A stretch of DNA of 64,000 nt, taken from positions 3,165-67,164 of the forward strand of contig DASZLD010000038.1 in NCBI GenBank assembly GCA_035552655.1, in the 5' to 3' direction. The notes under the pieces were generated by a model that did not search any database, was not told where the DNA came from, and saw only the letters and a list, made by a program, of their open reading frames with translations. This document shows positions 25,529 through 35,060 of this stretch, in pieces; position 1 is the first letter of the stretch; each line of letters begins with the position of its first letter. The DNA is from Acidimicrobiales bacterium (GTDB lineage: Bacteria > Actinomycetota > Acidimicrobiia > Acidimicrobiales > RAAP-2). A program made the position numbers and the translations under genes.

Positions 25529-26542
25529 ATGGCTGATCGCTCCTACCCCACCCGCCTTCTCGGACCCTCGGGCCTGGAGGTCTCCGCCCAGGGCCTTGGT
25601 TGCATGGGCATGTCGGCGACGTATGGTCCGGCCGACGAGGACGAGTCCATTGCCACCATCCACCGCTCCCTCGACCTGGGGATCAACTTCTTGGACACGG
25701 CCAACGTCTACGGGCGTGGCCACAATGAGGAGCTGGTCGGTCGGGCCATCGCCGGGCACCGGGACGAGGTGGTCCTGGCCACCAAGTTCTCCATCGAGTT
25801 CGGCGATGACGGCCGGCGGTCGATCAACGGCCGTCCCGACTACGTGAAGGCCTGCTGCAACGATTCGCTCCGGCGTCTGGCGACCGACCACATCGACCTC
25901 TACTACCAGCACCGGGTCGACCCGACGGTGCCCATCGAGGACACGGTCGGGGCCATGGCCGAGCTGGTGGCCGAGGGCAAGGTCAGGCACCTCGGGTTGT
26001 CCGAGGCCAGCGCGGCCAGCCTGGAGCGAGCCTCCGCCGTCCATCCCATCACCGCCCTCCAGAGCGAGTGGTCGCTGTGGACGAGGGACCTCGAAGCCGA
26101 GGTCCTGCCGGCCGCCCGACGCCTGGGCATCGGCATCGTCCCCTTCAGCCCCCTGGGGCGCGGCTTTCTCTCCGGTCAGATCACCAGCCCCGACGACTTC
26201 GACAAGAACGACTTCCGGGCCCACAGCCCTCGCTTCCAGGGAGAGAACTTCACCCGCAACCTCGATCTGGTCCGCCAGGTGGAGGAGCTGGCCACGGCCA
26301 AGGGTTGCACCCCCAGCCAGCTGGCTCTGGCCTGGGTGCTGGCCGCCGGTAACGACGTAGCCCCCATCCCGGGGACCAAGCGCCGGACCTACCTGGAAGA
26401 CAACGCAGGTGCGGTCACCGTGGAGTTGTCCAAAGAGGACCTGGCCCAGCTGGACCAGCTGTCTCCCCTCGGGGCCTGGTCCGGTGACCGCTATCCGGTG
26501 GCGGCTGCGGCCAACTACGGCGACAGTCCTCCCCAGGGGTAA
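25529..26542 (+). CDS. Aldo/keto reductase
   Basis: Contains [31 protein letters not shown] and [11 protein letters not shown], which are canonical AKR motifs. Confidence 0.9.
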   Translation: MADRSYPTRLLGPSGLEVSAQGLGCMGMSATYGPADEDESIATIHRSLDLGINFLDTANVYGRGHNEELVGRAIAGHRDEVVLATKFSIEFGDDGRRSINGRPDYVKACCNDSLRRLATDHIDLYYQHRVDPTVPIEDTVGAMAELVAEGKVRHLGLSEASAASLERASAVHPITALQSEWSLWTRDLEAEVLPAARRLGIGIVPFSPLGRGFLSGQITSPDDFDKNDFRAHSPRFQGENFTRNLDLVRQVEELATAKGCTPSQLALAWVLAAGNDVAPIPGTKRRTYLEDNAGAVTVELSKEDLAQLDQLSPLGAWSGDRYPVAAAANYGDSPPQG

Positions 26543-26562
26543 GAGGAAGCAGCGGCGGCCGC

Positions 26563-27243
26563 TCAACCCATCCCGAAGAACCTCATGGTGGCGTCGATGG
26601 CGCCGAAGTCCGAGGGAGTGGAGAAGTGGTCCACACCGGGCAGGGTCACCAGGGAGGCCTGGGGCAGGGCGGCCACCAACCGGTCGGCCGGGCCGACCAT
26701 GTCGCGATCACCGAGCACCACCAACACCGGACAGGTGAGCGTGGACAGGTCCGATTCGCTCAGGGCTTGGCGGGGACGACGGATGAAGGCCGACATGGCC
26801 TTGGCGTCGTTGCCGGTGGACTGGGCCAGACGCCGGAACAGACGGGCTTGCACGTCCTCGGGCTCGTCTTTGCTCTCCAGCGCATCGACGATGACGGTGG
26901 GATCAGCAGTTTCGAACACGTTGTTGCCCACACCGAGCACGGCGATCCGCTCGAAGCGCCCGGGGTTGGCGATGGCCAGGTGCAACAAGAGATCGCCACC
27001 GGCCGAGAAGCCCACGGCGTTGCGCGCGCTGGGCGGGAGCAGCCCGAGCACCTGGCTCTCCACCTCGGCATAGTCCTGGGGGTCGGTGGGACGGGCCGAG
27101 GATCCATGACCGGGTAGGTCGATCTCGGGCACCGCACAGTCGAAGTCGCCCAGGATGTCGACCCAGCCACTCTGTCGCCAGCCGTGGTCGAAGGAGGAGG
27201 CAAAACCGTGGAGAAGGACCAGTGAGGTCGGTGACTCGGGCAT
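26563..27243 (-). CDS. Alpha/beta hydrolase
   Basis: Has LVLLHGFASS, the nucleophile elbow GFSAGG and a C-terminal DHF (catalytic His). Confidence 0.8.
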   Translation of the reverse strand: MPESPTSLVLLHGFASSFDHGWRQSGWVDILGDFDCAVPEIDLPGHGSSARPTDPQDYAEVESQVLGLLPPSARNAVGFSAGGDLLLHLAIANPGRFERIAVLGVGNNVFETADPTVIVDALESKDEPEDVQARLFRRLAQSTGNDAKAMSAFIRRPRQALSESDLSTLTCPVLVVLGDRDMVGPADRLVAALPQASLVTLPGVDHFSTPSDFGAIDATMRFFGMG

Positions 27244-27372
27244 GTCCGCTCAACCTAGTGGCATCGGCCGCAGCGGGTCGGCCTCCGATCCCCGACAACC
27301 GGATCAGGAATGGGAGGCCCAATGGTCGGACAGATACAGTGCACCCGGGCCAACCCAGGGGAGGCAGCTGCT

Positions 27373-28575
27373 GTGACCGACATGTTCGCCGGAGTCCGCG
27401 TCATCGAGGCCGGCACATGGATGTTCGTACCATCGGCCGCCGCCGTGCTGGCTGACTTCGGTGCCGACGTGATCAAGGTCGAGCACCCGAGGCGGGGGGA
27501 CCCTCAGCGGGGCCTGGAGACCGGCGGGCGCGGTCTCGTACCCAGCCACCTGGCCATGGAGCAGGCGAACCGGGGCAAGCGCAGCATCGGCATCGACACC
27601 TCGATGCAAGAGGGACGCGACCTGCTCTACCAGCTGGTGGCGTCGGCCGACGTCTTCATGACCAACCTTCTCCCTGCCGCCCGTCAGAAGAACGGGGTGG
27701 ACGTCGACCAGATCCAGGCCATCAAGCCCGACATCATCTACGTGCGAGCCACTTCGGCCGGCCCCAAGGGCCCCGACGCCGGCAAGCCCGGGTACGACGC
27801 CGCCACCCATTGGCTGCGCGGCGGCATCGCCTACACGGTGACCGAACCCGACGCCCCCCGCCCGGCCAAGTCCCGCCCCGGGTTCGGCGACAAGACCGGC
27901 TCGATGAACATCGCCTTCGGTGTGGCCGCCGCCCTCTTCCGCCGGGAACGGACGGGTGAAGGGGCAGTGGTGGACGCCTCGCTGCTGAGCACGGCCATGT
28001 GGTCCCTGTCCAGTGACATCACCTATTCGGCCTATACCAACCAGGAGTTCAGCCGGATCGAGCAGCCCATCGCCAACCCCATCGCCTACTCCTACAAGAC
28101 GGCCGACAACCGCTGGATCGGTCTGTTGATGCTCGAGTCCGATCGGTGGTGGCCGCCACTGTGCCAGCACCTGGGGCGAGAGGACCTGATCGCCGACGAG
28201 CGGTTCAAGGACGCCGCCGCCCGCTATGAGAACCGCGAGGCGTGTGTGCAAGTCCTGAGCGACGTCTTCGCCTCGGCCACCCTCGATCAATGGCGCGCCC
28301 GCTTGGCCACGCTGGCGGCACCGTGGGAGCCGCTCCAGAGCCCGCTCGAAGTGATCGACGACCCCCAGGTCAAGGCCAACGGGTTCCTCCGCGACCACGT
28401 GGTGGCCACGGGCGAGACGGCCAAGATCGTGGCCGCGCCCGTCCAGTTCGACGAGGAGGTGGTACAGGCGGTGCGCGCTCCCGAACTGGGTGAGAACACC
28501 GAGGACATCCTGCTCGAGCTGGGTTCGGACTGGGAGGAGATCGGTCGCCTGAAAGACCTCGGCGCCATCAACTAG
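27373..28575 (+). CDS. CaiB/BaiF family III CoA-transferase
   Basis: Contains GVRVIE.GTWMFVPSAAAVLADFGADVIKVE and the GFGDK..G pattern. The start is either GTG 27373 or ATG 27382. The upstream part of the track ORF is unlikely to be coding. Confidence 0.85.
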   Translation: MTDMFAGVRVIEAGTWMFVPSAAAVLADFGADVIKVEHPRRGDPQRGLETGGRGLVPSHLAMEQANRGKRSIGIDTSMQEGRDLLYQLVASADVFMTNLLPAARQKNGVDVDQIQAIKPDIIYVRATSAGPKGPDAGKPGYDAATHWLRGGIAYTVTEPDAPRPAKSRPGFGDKTGSMNIAFGVAAALFRRERTGEGAVVDASLLSTAMWSLSSDITYSAYTNQEFSRIEQPIANPIAYSYKTADNRWIGLLMLESDRWWPPLCQHLGREDLIADERFKDAAARYENREACVQVLSDVFASATLDQWRARLATLAAPWEPLQSPLEVIDDPQVKANGFLRDHVVATGETAKIVAAPVQFDEEVVQAVRAPELGENTEDILLELGSDWEEIGRLKDLGAIN

Positions 28576-28598
28576 CGCCGGCCAGCACAGACACCGCC

Positions 28599-30074
28599 AT
28601 GAGCGAACTGACCCACGGCGAGGCCATGAGCTGGCTGGCCCGACAGGACCCCGATCGCCTGGCCATCGTGTGCGATGGGGACTCCCTGACCCGCATCGAG
28701 CTCGACGGCCGGGCCAACGCCATGGCCCGGACCTACGCCCGGCTCGGCGTGGAAGGCGACGACATCGTCGCCCTCATGGTTCCCAACAGCATGGAGTTCT
28801 ACGTGGCCGCGCTGGCCGTGTGGAAGCTAGGAGCGGTGCCCATGCCCGTCTCCCACCGACTTCCCGACGCCGAGCTGGAGCCCATCCTCGATCTGGCCCA
28901 GCCCTCGCTGGTGGTCGGCGTGGACGGCGACCGACCGGCGGCGTCCCGGTTCGCCTCGGTGGCCGTCGGGCTCGAGCCGGACCTGACGATGGACGATTCG
29001 CCGCTCCCTCGTGCCCTGGCCCGCTACGGTCGGGCCCTGACCTCGGGAGGCAGTACCGGGCGACCCAAGGTGGTGGTCAGCCACGTGTTGGCCGTGGTCG
29101 ATCCGGAGAGCGAGACGATGGGCCTCGGACCCGACAGCGTGCAGCTGGTCCCCGGTCCGCTGTTCCACAACGCCCCGTTCATCACCTCGTGCCAGGGCCT
29201 CCTGCGGGGAGCGACCCTGGTGGTCATGACCCGGTTCGACCCGGCGGCCATGCTCGAGCTCATCGAGCAACACCGCGTGACCTGGATGCAGGTGGTACCG
29301 ACCATGTTGCAGCGGGTGTGGCGGCTTCCCAACGAGGAGCGCCTCGGTCGGGACGTGTCCTCCCTCGAGGTCGTCTTCAGCACCGGTGGTCCCTTCCCGG
29401 CCTGGCTCAAAGAGGCGTGGGCCGGATGGATCGGTGCCGACAAACTGCTCGAGGCCTACGGCAGCTCGGAGCAGTATGGAGGGAGCACGCTGGTCACCGG
29501 CGAGGAGGCGCTGCGCAAGCCGGGCACGGTCGGCCGTCCCCGGTACGGCCCACCCCGGATCGTCGACGAGGACGGTGGCCAGGTCGGCGTGGGTGAGGTG
29601 GGGCTCATCTACTTCAAACGGTCGGAGAAACCCAACTATCACTACCTGGGGGCCGAATCCCAGATCGTCGACGGGTGGGAGACGCTGGGTGACATGGGCT
29701 CTGTCGACGAGGACGGGTACCTCTTCCTGGCCGACCGGCGGGTCGACATGATCATCACCGGCGGAGAGAACGTGTTCCCGGCCGAGGTCGAAGCCGCCCT
29801 CGACCAGCACCCCGGCGTACGCTCGTCGGCCGTGATCGGACTGCCCGACGACGACCTCGGCCAGCGGGTCCACGCCATCGTCGACGTCGGGCGCCACGAC
29901 GGCACGACAGCCGACGTCGACCCGGCCGATCTGGTGGCCTTTCTGGCCGATCGCATCGTCCGTTACAAGATCCCCCGCACCGTCGAGCTGGTCAGCGAGC
30001 CGCTGCGCACCGACGCAGGCAAGGTGCGGCGGTCCCAGCTGCGCGACGAACGGATCACCGCGGCAGAGAGCTAG
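28599..30074 (+). CDS. AMP-dependent acyl-CoA synthetase/ligase
   Basis: Has LTSGGSTGRPK (AMP-binding), YGSSE, and C-terminal IITGGENVFPAEVE and GKVRR. Confidence 0.85.
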   Translation: MSELTHGEAMSWLARQDPDRLAIVCDGDSLTRIELDGRANAMARTYARLGVEGDDIVALMVPNSMEFYVAALAVWKLGAVPMPVSHRLPDAELEPILDLAQPSLVVGVDGDRPAASRFASVAVGLEPDLTMDDSPLPRALARYGRALTSGGSTGRPKVVVSHVLAVVDPESETMGLGPDSVQLVPGPLFHNAPFITSCQGLLRGATLVVMTRFDPAAMLELIEQHRVTWMQVVPTMLQRVWRLPNEERLGRDVSSLEVVFSTGGPFPAWLKEAWAGWIGADKLLEAYGSSEQYGGSTLVTGEEALRKPGTVGRPRYGPPRIVDEDGGQVGVGEVGLIYFKRSEKPNYHYLGAESQIVDGWETLGDMGSVDEDGYLFLADRRVDMIITGGENVFPAEVEAALDQHPGVRSSAVIGLPDDDLGQRVHAIVDVGRHDGTTADVDPADLVAFLADRIVRYKIPRTVELVSEPLRTDAGKVRRSQLRDERITAAES

Positions 30075-30095
30075 AGCGGCCGCCGGCGGCCGCTC
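30074..30095. terminator. GC-rich perfect palindrome filling a convergent stop-to-stop gap (putative bidirectional terminator)
   Basis: GAGCGGCCGC-CG-GCGGCCGCTC spans the gap from the TAG of the ligase gene to the TGA of the LLM gene. There is no T-tract. Confidence 0.4.
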
Positions 30096-30975
30096 AGGTC
30101 GCGGCCAGGTGGGGAATGACTTCTGACCCGAAGGCGGCCAACGTAGACGGGGCGGCGAAGTCGGTGAACCACGTGTAGACCCGCTCCACCCCGCGATCGG
30201 CCAGGGCACCGATCTGGTCGACGATTTCGGGAGCGGTGCCGAACATGATGACGTCCCCGAAGGCGGAGAAGCGCCGCCGAGCGGCGGCCTCGACCTCGGC
30301 GCGCTCTTTCTCCGACGGGATGAAGCACACCATCTGCTGTACCGACGTGCGGGCGTCGCCCGTCTGGGCCCGGAGCTCCTCCAAGCGATGGAGGTTCCCG
30401 ATCTGCAGGTTCCACCAGTCGGCGTGGCGGGCCACCAGCTCCAGGGTCTTCTTCCCGGTGGCGCCGATGACAATGGGGATGTGACCCACGGGGACCGGAC
30501 GCTGCATCGCCCCTCGGAGGTGGTGGAACTCCCCGTCGAAGTCCACCGATTCGCCCGACCACAGGGCGCGGAGCACCTGGAGGGTCTCGTCCAGCCGTCG
30601 GATGCGGGCCCCGGCCGACTGCTCGTCGACCCCGAACATGTCGAACTCGGCGGGGACGGAGCCCCAACCCAGGCCCAGCTCGAACCGGCCACCACTGGCA
30701 TGGTCGATCGACGCCACCTGTTTGGCCAGGACGGCGGGGTGGCGGAAGGCGTCGCACAGCACGAGGTGGCCCATGCGCAGCCGTTCGGTCCGCGCCGCCA
30801 GCCACGTGGCCGTGACCAGCGCCTCGTACATCGGCTGGGTCTCGGCCATGGGCGGGGCGAAGTGGTCCATGAAGGCCATGCCGGAAAAGCCGGCGGCCTC
30901 GGCGTTCTTGGCGTGGCCCTCCAGCTGCTCGAACGACAGGCGCATCTGGGGCAGGTACAGGTGGATCTCGGTCAC
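30094..30975 (-). CDS. LLM-class (luciferase-like) flavin/F420-dependent oxidoreductase
   Basis: Contains LYLPQMRLSFEQLEGHAKNAEAAGFSGMAFMDH and GRFELGLGWG. I chose GTG at 30975 (VTEIH) because the longer ORF overlaps the upstream SDR gene. Confidence 0.8.
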   Translation of the reverse strand: MTEIHLYLPQMRLSFEQLEGHAKNAEAAGFSGMAFMDHFAPPMAETQPMYEALVTATWLAARTERLRMGHLVLCDAFRHPAVLAKQVASIDHASGGRFELGLGWGSVPAEFDMFGVDEQSAGARIRRLDETLQVLRALWSGESVDFDGEFHHLRGAMQRPVPVGHIPIVIGATGKKTLELVARHADWWNLQIGNLHRLEELRAQTGDARTSVQQMVCFIPSEKERAEVEAAARRRFSAFGDVIMFGTAPEIVDQIGALADRGVERVYTWFTDFAAPSTLAAFGSEVIPHLAAT

Positions 30976-30991
30976 TGTGATGATCTCCCGG

Positions 30992-31816
30992 TCATGATTC
31001 GAATCTGGCTCGCACCGCCGGGTTGGTGACGAAGACGGGCAGCTCGTCGCCGCCCGGTCCACCCAGGGTCATCCCCCCGTCCACGGCCAGGGTCTGCCCG
31101 GTCACGTAGTCCGCAAAATCGGAGAGGAGGAACAGGGCGGCATTGGCGATGTCCTGGGGATCGCCACGACGGCGCAGTGGGATCCCCTGGGCCGCGTCGG
31201 ACAGGTCGCTCTGTCCGGCTCGGGGAGTCTTGACCGTCCCCGGGGCCACCAGGTTGACCCGGATGCCGTAGGGAGCCCATTCGAGGGCCATGGTGCGGCT
31301 GAAGGACTCGAGACCGGCCTTGGCCGCGCCATAGGCGGCCAGAAGGGGTGCACCGCGGGCAGCCACCGACGAGATGTTGACCAAGCTGCCCGTCTGTCCG
31401 GAGTCGATGAGGGCGCGGGCCACGTCCCGGCAGGTGATGACCGCGTACCGGAGGTTGCGCGACACGATCCGGTCGAAGGCATCCATGTCGTACTCGGCCG
31501 TCCGCCACCAGTCATCGGGCAGCGCGCCACCGACCACGTTGACCAGGTGCCGGATCGGTCCCAACTCGGCCGCAGCAGTGGCGATGGCGGCTCGCAGCGC
31601 CGCCTCGTCGGTCACGTCGGCCACCACACCGATGGAACGTCGGCCGAGGGCCCGGACCCGGTCCTCGGTGTCCTGGGCGTGTTCGGCCACATAGGTGATG
31701 GCGGCCACATCGGCGCCCGCGTCGGCCAGGGTCAGGGCCATGGCCGTACCGATACCACCGCCACCGCCCCCTACCACGAGGGCGTTCCGGCCGCTGAGAT
31801 CGATCGTCGTGCCCAT
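30992..31816 (-). CDS. Short-chain dehydrogenase/reductase (SDR)
   Basis: Has the Gly-rich VVGGGGGGIG, the catalytic YGAAK and PYGIRVN. Confidence 0.85.
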   Translation of the reverse strand: MGTTIDLSGRNALVVGGGGGGIGTAMALTLADAGADVAAITYVAEHAQDTEDRVRALGRRSIGVVADVTDEAALRAAIATAAAELGPIRHLVNVVGGALPDDWWRTAEYDMDAFDRIVSRNLRYAVITCRDVARALIDSGQTGSLVNISSVAARGAPLLAAYGAAKAGLESFSRTMALEWAPYGIRVNLVAPGTVKTPRAGQSDLSDAAQGIPLRRRGDPQDIANAALFLLSDFADYVTGQTLAVDGGMTLGGPGGDELPVFVTNPAVRARFES

Positions 31817-31826
31817 TGGACCGACC

Positions 31827-32669
31827 TCAGCTGCCGCTGGGCTGGGCTTGGAACGGCGACCACGCTCCAGAGGAAACATGGTTCCCGGCGTCGACGTCGA
31901 TGAGCACGCCGGTAACCGACCGGGCGTCGTCGGAGAGCAGGAAGGCCACGGCGGCGCCGATGTCGTCGGCCTCGGTCAGACGACCGAGCAGGAGGTGGCT
32001 GCCGGCGGCCGCGCCCCCGTCGTCCTCCCACATGGACTGGGTGGCCGTGGTGCGGGTCAGGCCGGGGCTCACCGCGTTTACCCGCACCCCGCGGCGGCCC
32101 AAGTCGTTGGCCAACGTGCGGGTCAGCGCATTGAGAGCCGCCTTGGCCGCGGCGTAGGCCGCCATCGCCGGTGTCGTCTTCTTGGGGGAGCCGCTGGAGA
32201 TGTTGACGATGGCCCCGCCGCCGTCATCGCCGAGACCGCGGCGCACGGCCTCTTGGATGAGGGCGAGGGTGGGCCAGGTGTTCAGGGACACCGTGTCCAT
32301 GAACGCGGCACGGTCCATCTCCAACGCCGACCCGGGATGGGGAGCTCCGCCGACCGTGTTGGCCAGCAGGTCGATGCGACCGAACCGGTCGAGTGCGGTA
32401 TCGACCAACCGGGCCGGAGTGTCGTCATCGTCGGCCGAACCGGCCACGGCCACCACGGAGAGTCCTTCGGACTGCAGGGCGCGCTCGGTGTCGCGGAGCT
32501 GGTCCTCGGACCGAGCGTTGATGACCACCGATGCCCCTTCGAGGGCGAGGCGGCGGGCCGATGACCTGCCGATGCCCGGATTGGTCGAGGCTCCGGTCAC
32601 GATCGCAACCTTGCCCTCGAACCGCCGGCCGAACGTCGTCTCGTCCACAGATTCCCCCAAGTAGCTCAC
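31827..32669 (-). CDS. Short-chain dehydrogenase/reductase (SDR)
   Basis: Has VTGASTNPGIG, YAAAKAAL and GVRVNAVSPG. Confidence 0.85.
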   Translation of the reverse strand: MSYLGESVDETTFGRRFEGKVAIVTGASTNPGIGRSSARRLALEGASVVINARSEDQLRDTERALQSEGLSVVAVAGSADDDDTPARLVDTALDRFGRIDLLANTVGGAPHPGSALEMDRAAFMDTVSLNTWPTLALIQEAVRRGLGDDGGGAIVNISSGSPKKTTPAMAAYAAAKAALNALTRTLANDLGRRGVRVNAVSPGLTRTTATQSMWEDDGGAAAGSHLLLGRLTEADDIGAAVAFLLSDDARSVTGVLIDVDAGNHVSSGAWSPFQAQPSGS

Positions 32670-32805
32670 CCAATTCGCTACAGCAGGTGGAACCTACACG
32701 CGAACAACGGCGAGCATAAAAACGACTGGATCGGCCGCGTGCACCGGCGATGTTTCGAGCATCTGCGGAACGGGTAGCACACCAGCTTGTGCCCGCGACA
32801 GGAAG

Positions 32806-33090
32806 GTGACAACAGTGCTGACTCTCACCCCCGATGCAGCTCATGTAATTCAAGACCTGGTTTCCGATCATCCTGGGGCCGGTCTTCGCATTTCTTCCAA
32901 TCCGGTCGACACCGATCGGATCGAGCTGGGGCTGGCGGTGACGGCAAGCCCTGAGCCCACCGACCAGATTGTCGATGAGCAGGGCTCGCAGGTGTTTCTC
33001 GATCTCCAGGTCGCTCCATTGCTCGAGGACAGGACGTTGGACGTCGAAGTTTCCGACGACCGTGAGGTTGCCTTCAAGCTGCTGCCGTAA
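32806..33090 (+). CDS. HesB/IscA-like small protein with no cysteines
   Basis: 94 aa. The pattern LTLTPDAAHVIQDLV....GAGLRI......(D)...L.L.V...P...D.V.....V.L is IscA/HesB fold-like, but the sequence contains no Cys at all. GTG start. Confidence 0.6.
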   Translation: MTTVLTLTPDAAHVIQDLVSDHPGAGLRISSNPVDTDRIELGLAVTASPEPTDQIVDEQGSQVFLDLQVAPLLEDRTLDVEVSDDREVAFKLLP

Positions 33091-33146
33091 CGCATCTCTC
33101 CGAAGCCCCGGGGGCGTAGCCACGGGCGCCCTCGGGGCCCATATTG

Positions 33147-33162
33147 TTCAAGTTCGCTTGAA
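33147..33162. promoter_or_regulatory. SoxR-box-like palindrome upstream of soxR
   Basis: TTCAAG-TTCG-CTTGAA has perfect 6-bp arms and resembles the core of the enterobacterial sox box CTCAAGnnnnCTTGAG. It lies 32 nt upstream of the soxR ATG in a locally AT-richer stretch. Confidence 0.45.
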
Positions 33163-33193
33163 GTCTAATTGTGATGGCGGATAGCGTTCCACC

Positions 33194-33631
33194 ATGGACC
33201 CAGAGCTGACCATTGGCGCTTTGAGTGAGCGCGCCGGTGTGGCCGCTTCCGCTTTGCGGTTCTATGAAGCAGAAGGGCTGATTCACGCCACCCGCAGCGC
33301 TGGGGGCCAGCGTCGCTATACCCGCGACACGTTGCGCCGGGTGTCGTTCATCCGAGTGGCCCAGCAAGTAGGCCTTCGCTTGGACGAGATCCGGGTGGCC
33401 CTGGAATCCCTGCCCGAGCGTCGAACCCCCACGGCCAAGGACTGGGAACGCCTCTCTGCCTCTTGGCGTCCTCGCCTCGACGCGCAGATCGCGTTGCTCG
33501 AGCGGTTGCGGGACCGCCTGGGCGGGTGCATCGGCTGTGGTTGTCTGTCCCTGCGGTTCTGCAAGCTCCTGAACCCCGATGATCAGGCTGGCCAGCGAGG
33601 GCCGGGACCGCGACACATCCTCGAGGGCTGA
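33194..33631 (+). CDS. soxR: Redox-sensitive transcriptional activator SoxR (MerR family, 2Fe-2S)
   Basis: The MerR HTH is LTIGALSERAGVAASALRFYEAEGL. The diagnostic SoxR cluster motif CIGCGCLSLRFC is present. Confidence 0.85.
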   Translation: MDPELTIGALSERAGVAASALRFYEAEGLIHATRSAGGQRRYTRDTLRRVSFIRVAQQVGLRLDEIRVALESLPERRTPTAKDWERLSASWRPRLDAQIALLERLRDRLGGCIGCGCLSLRFCKLLNPDDQAGQRGPGPRHILEG

Positions 33632-33654
33632 CGTGGGCAGATCCAGCCGGTCGC

Positions 33655-34881
33655 TCAGCTGCGGGGCAGGTCCCTCCAGGCCATGTCCTTGTCGGTTCGG
33701 GGCTCACCCGGTAGCCCGAGGACACGCTCGCCCAGAATATTGCGCATGACCTCGGAGGTCCCTCCCTCGATGGAGTTGGCCCGAGCCCGCAGAAACGCCT
33801 TGTGCATGTCCGGGGTCCCGAGAGCCACGTAATCCGGGCGGATCTTCGGGTAGTCCGAGCTGTAGAGCATGCCCTCGGCCCCCATCAGGTCCATGCACAA
33901 CTCATAGATCCGTTGGTTGAGCTCGGCAAAGGCGAGCTTGGCCACTGAGCCCTCGGGGCCCGGGGTCCCCACGCCCCGAGCGGTCGAGGCGCGGAGGTTG
34001 GTGAGCCGGGTCGCTTCGCTGCTGGCCCACAGCGACATCAGACGGTCCCGCAGGGCGAGGGCATGGGGTGACGTGGCGCCGGCCCAGCGCTCACGCCACA
34101 AGCGGACTGCGTCACCGATGGGACCGGCGCCACGCGGGGCCACGTTGCCGCCGATGGAAACCCGCTCGTTCATGAGCGTGGTGACGGCCACCCGCCAGCC
34201 GTCGCCCTCGCCGCCCAGGCGACCGGCATCGGACACTCGGGCATCGGTGAAGAAGATCTCGTTGAACTCTGCCTCGCCGGTGATCTGGTAGAGAGGCCGG
34301 ACCTCGACCCCCGGAGCGTGCATGTCGACGAGGAAGGCAGTCATGCCCTGGTGCTTGGGCAGGTCGGGGTTGGTCCGGGCCACGAGCAATCCGAAGCTCG
34401 ACAGGTGGGCCACCGTCGTCCACACCTTTTGGCCGTTCAACACCCACTCGTCGCCATCGCGCACCGCCCGCGTGGCCAAGCTGGCCACGTCGGATCCCGC
34501 GCCCGGTTCGCTGAACAGCTGACACCAGATCTCCTGGCAGGTGAACAGCGGACGCAAGTACCGGCTCTTCTGCTCCTCGGTGCCATGGACGGCGATCGTG
34601 GGCGCCACCATGCCGTATCCGATGACATTGCGGAGAGCAGCCGAAGGCGCCTCGGCCTCGGCCAGCCGGCGGACTACACGGCCGTGCAACCCCGGGCTCA
34701 AGCCCAGCCCGCCGTGGCCCACGGGAAAGTGGACCCACGCCAGTCCCCGGTCGAATTGCTCCTCCAGGAACGCCTGGGCGGACACGGTGTCGGGCGGAAC
34801 ATCAGTGAGCAGTTGGTTCACCAGCTCATCGACCTCAGCCTCGCTCTGTACGTCGCTCCGGGCCACATCGGTCGTCGTCAC
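33655..34881 (-). CDS. Acyl-CoA dehydrogenase
   Basis: 408 aa. Contains CQLFSEPGAGSD, LNGQKVWTT and a C-terminal IEGGTSEVMRNILGERVLGLP. Confidence 0.9.
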   Translation of the reverse strand: MTTTDVARSDVQSEAEVDELVNQLLTDVPPDTVSAQAFLEEQFDRGLAWVHFPVGHGGLGLSPGLHGRVVRRLAEAEAPSAALRNVIGYGMVAPTIAVHGTEEQKSRYLRPLFTCQEIWCQLFSEPGAGSDVASLATRAVRDGDEWVLNGQKVWTTVAHLSSFGLLVARTNPDLPKHQGMTAFLVDMHAPGVEVRPLYQITGEAEFNEIFFTDARVSDAGRLGGEGDGWRVAVTTLMNERVSIGGNVAPRGAGPIGDAVRLWRERWAGATSPHALALRDRLMSLWASSEATRLTNLRASTARGVGTPGPEGSVAKLAFAELNQRIYELCMDLMGAEGMLYSSDYPKIRPDYVALGTPDMHKAFLRARANSIEGGTSEVMRNILGERVLGLPGEPRTDKDMAWRDLPRS

Positions 34882-35060
34882 GTGTTCCTCCTCGAGCCGG
34901 TCACGGCCCCGAGCTTACGGCGTGTGTCCGAGAGGTCCGTGCCCGTGCCCAGCCGGGAGACCGAACCGGGCTTATCCGCAGCCGGACAGGATCCGGGCTC
35001 TGCGGCGGACCGGCAACGACGCACCGGGCGGAGCCCCTCCTGGCGTGCCGGCCATGGTCG

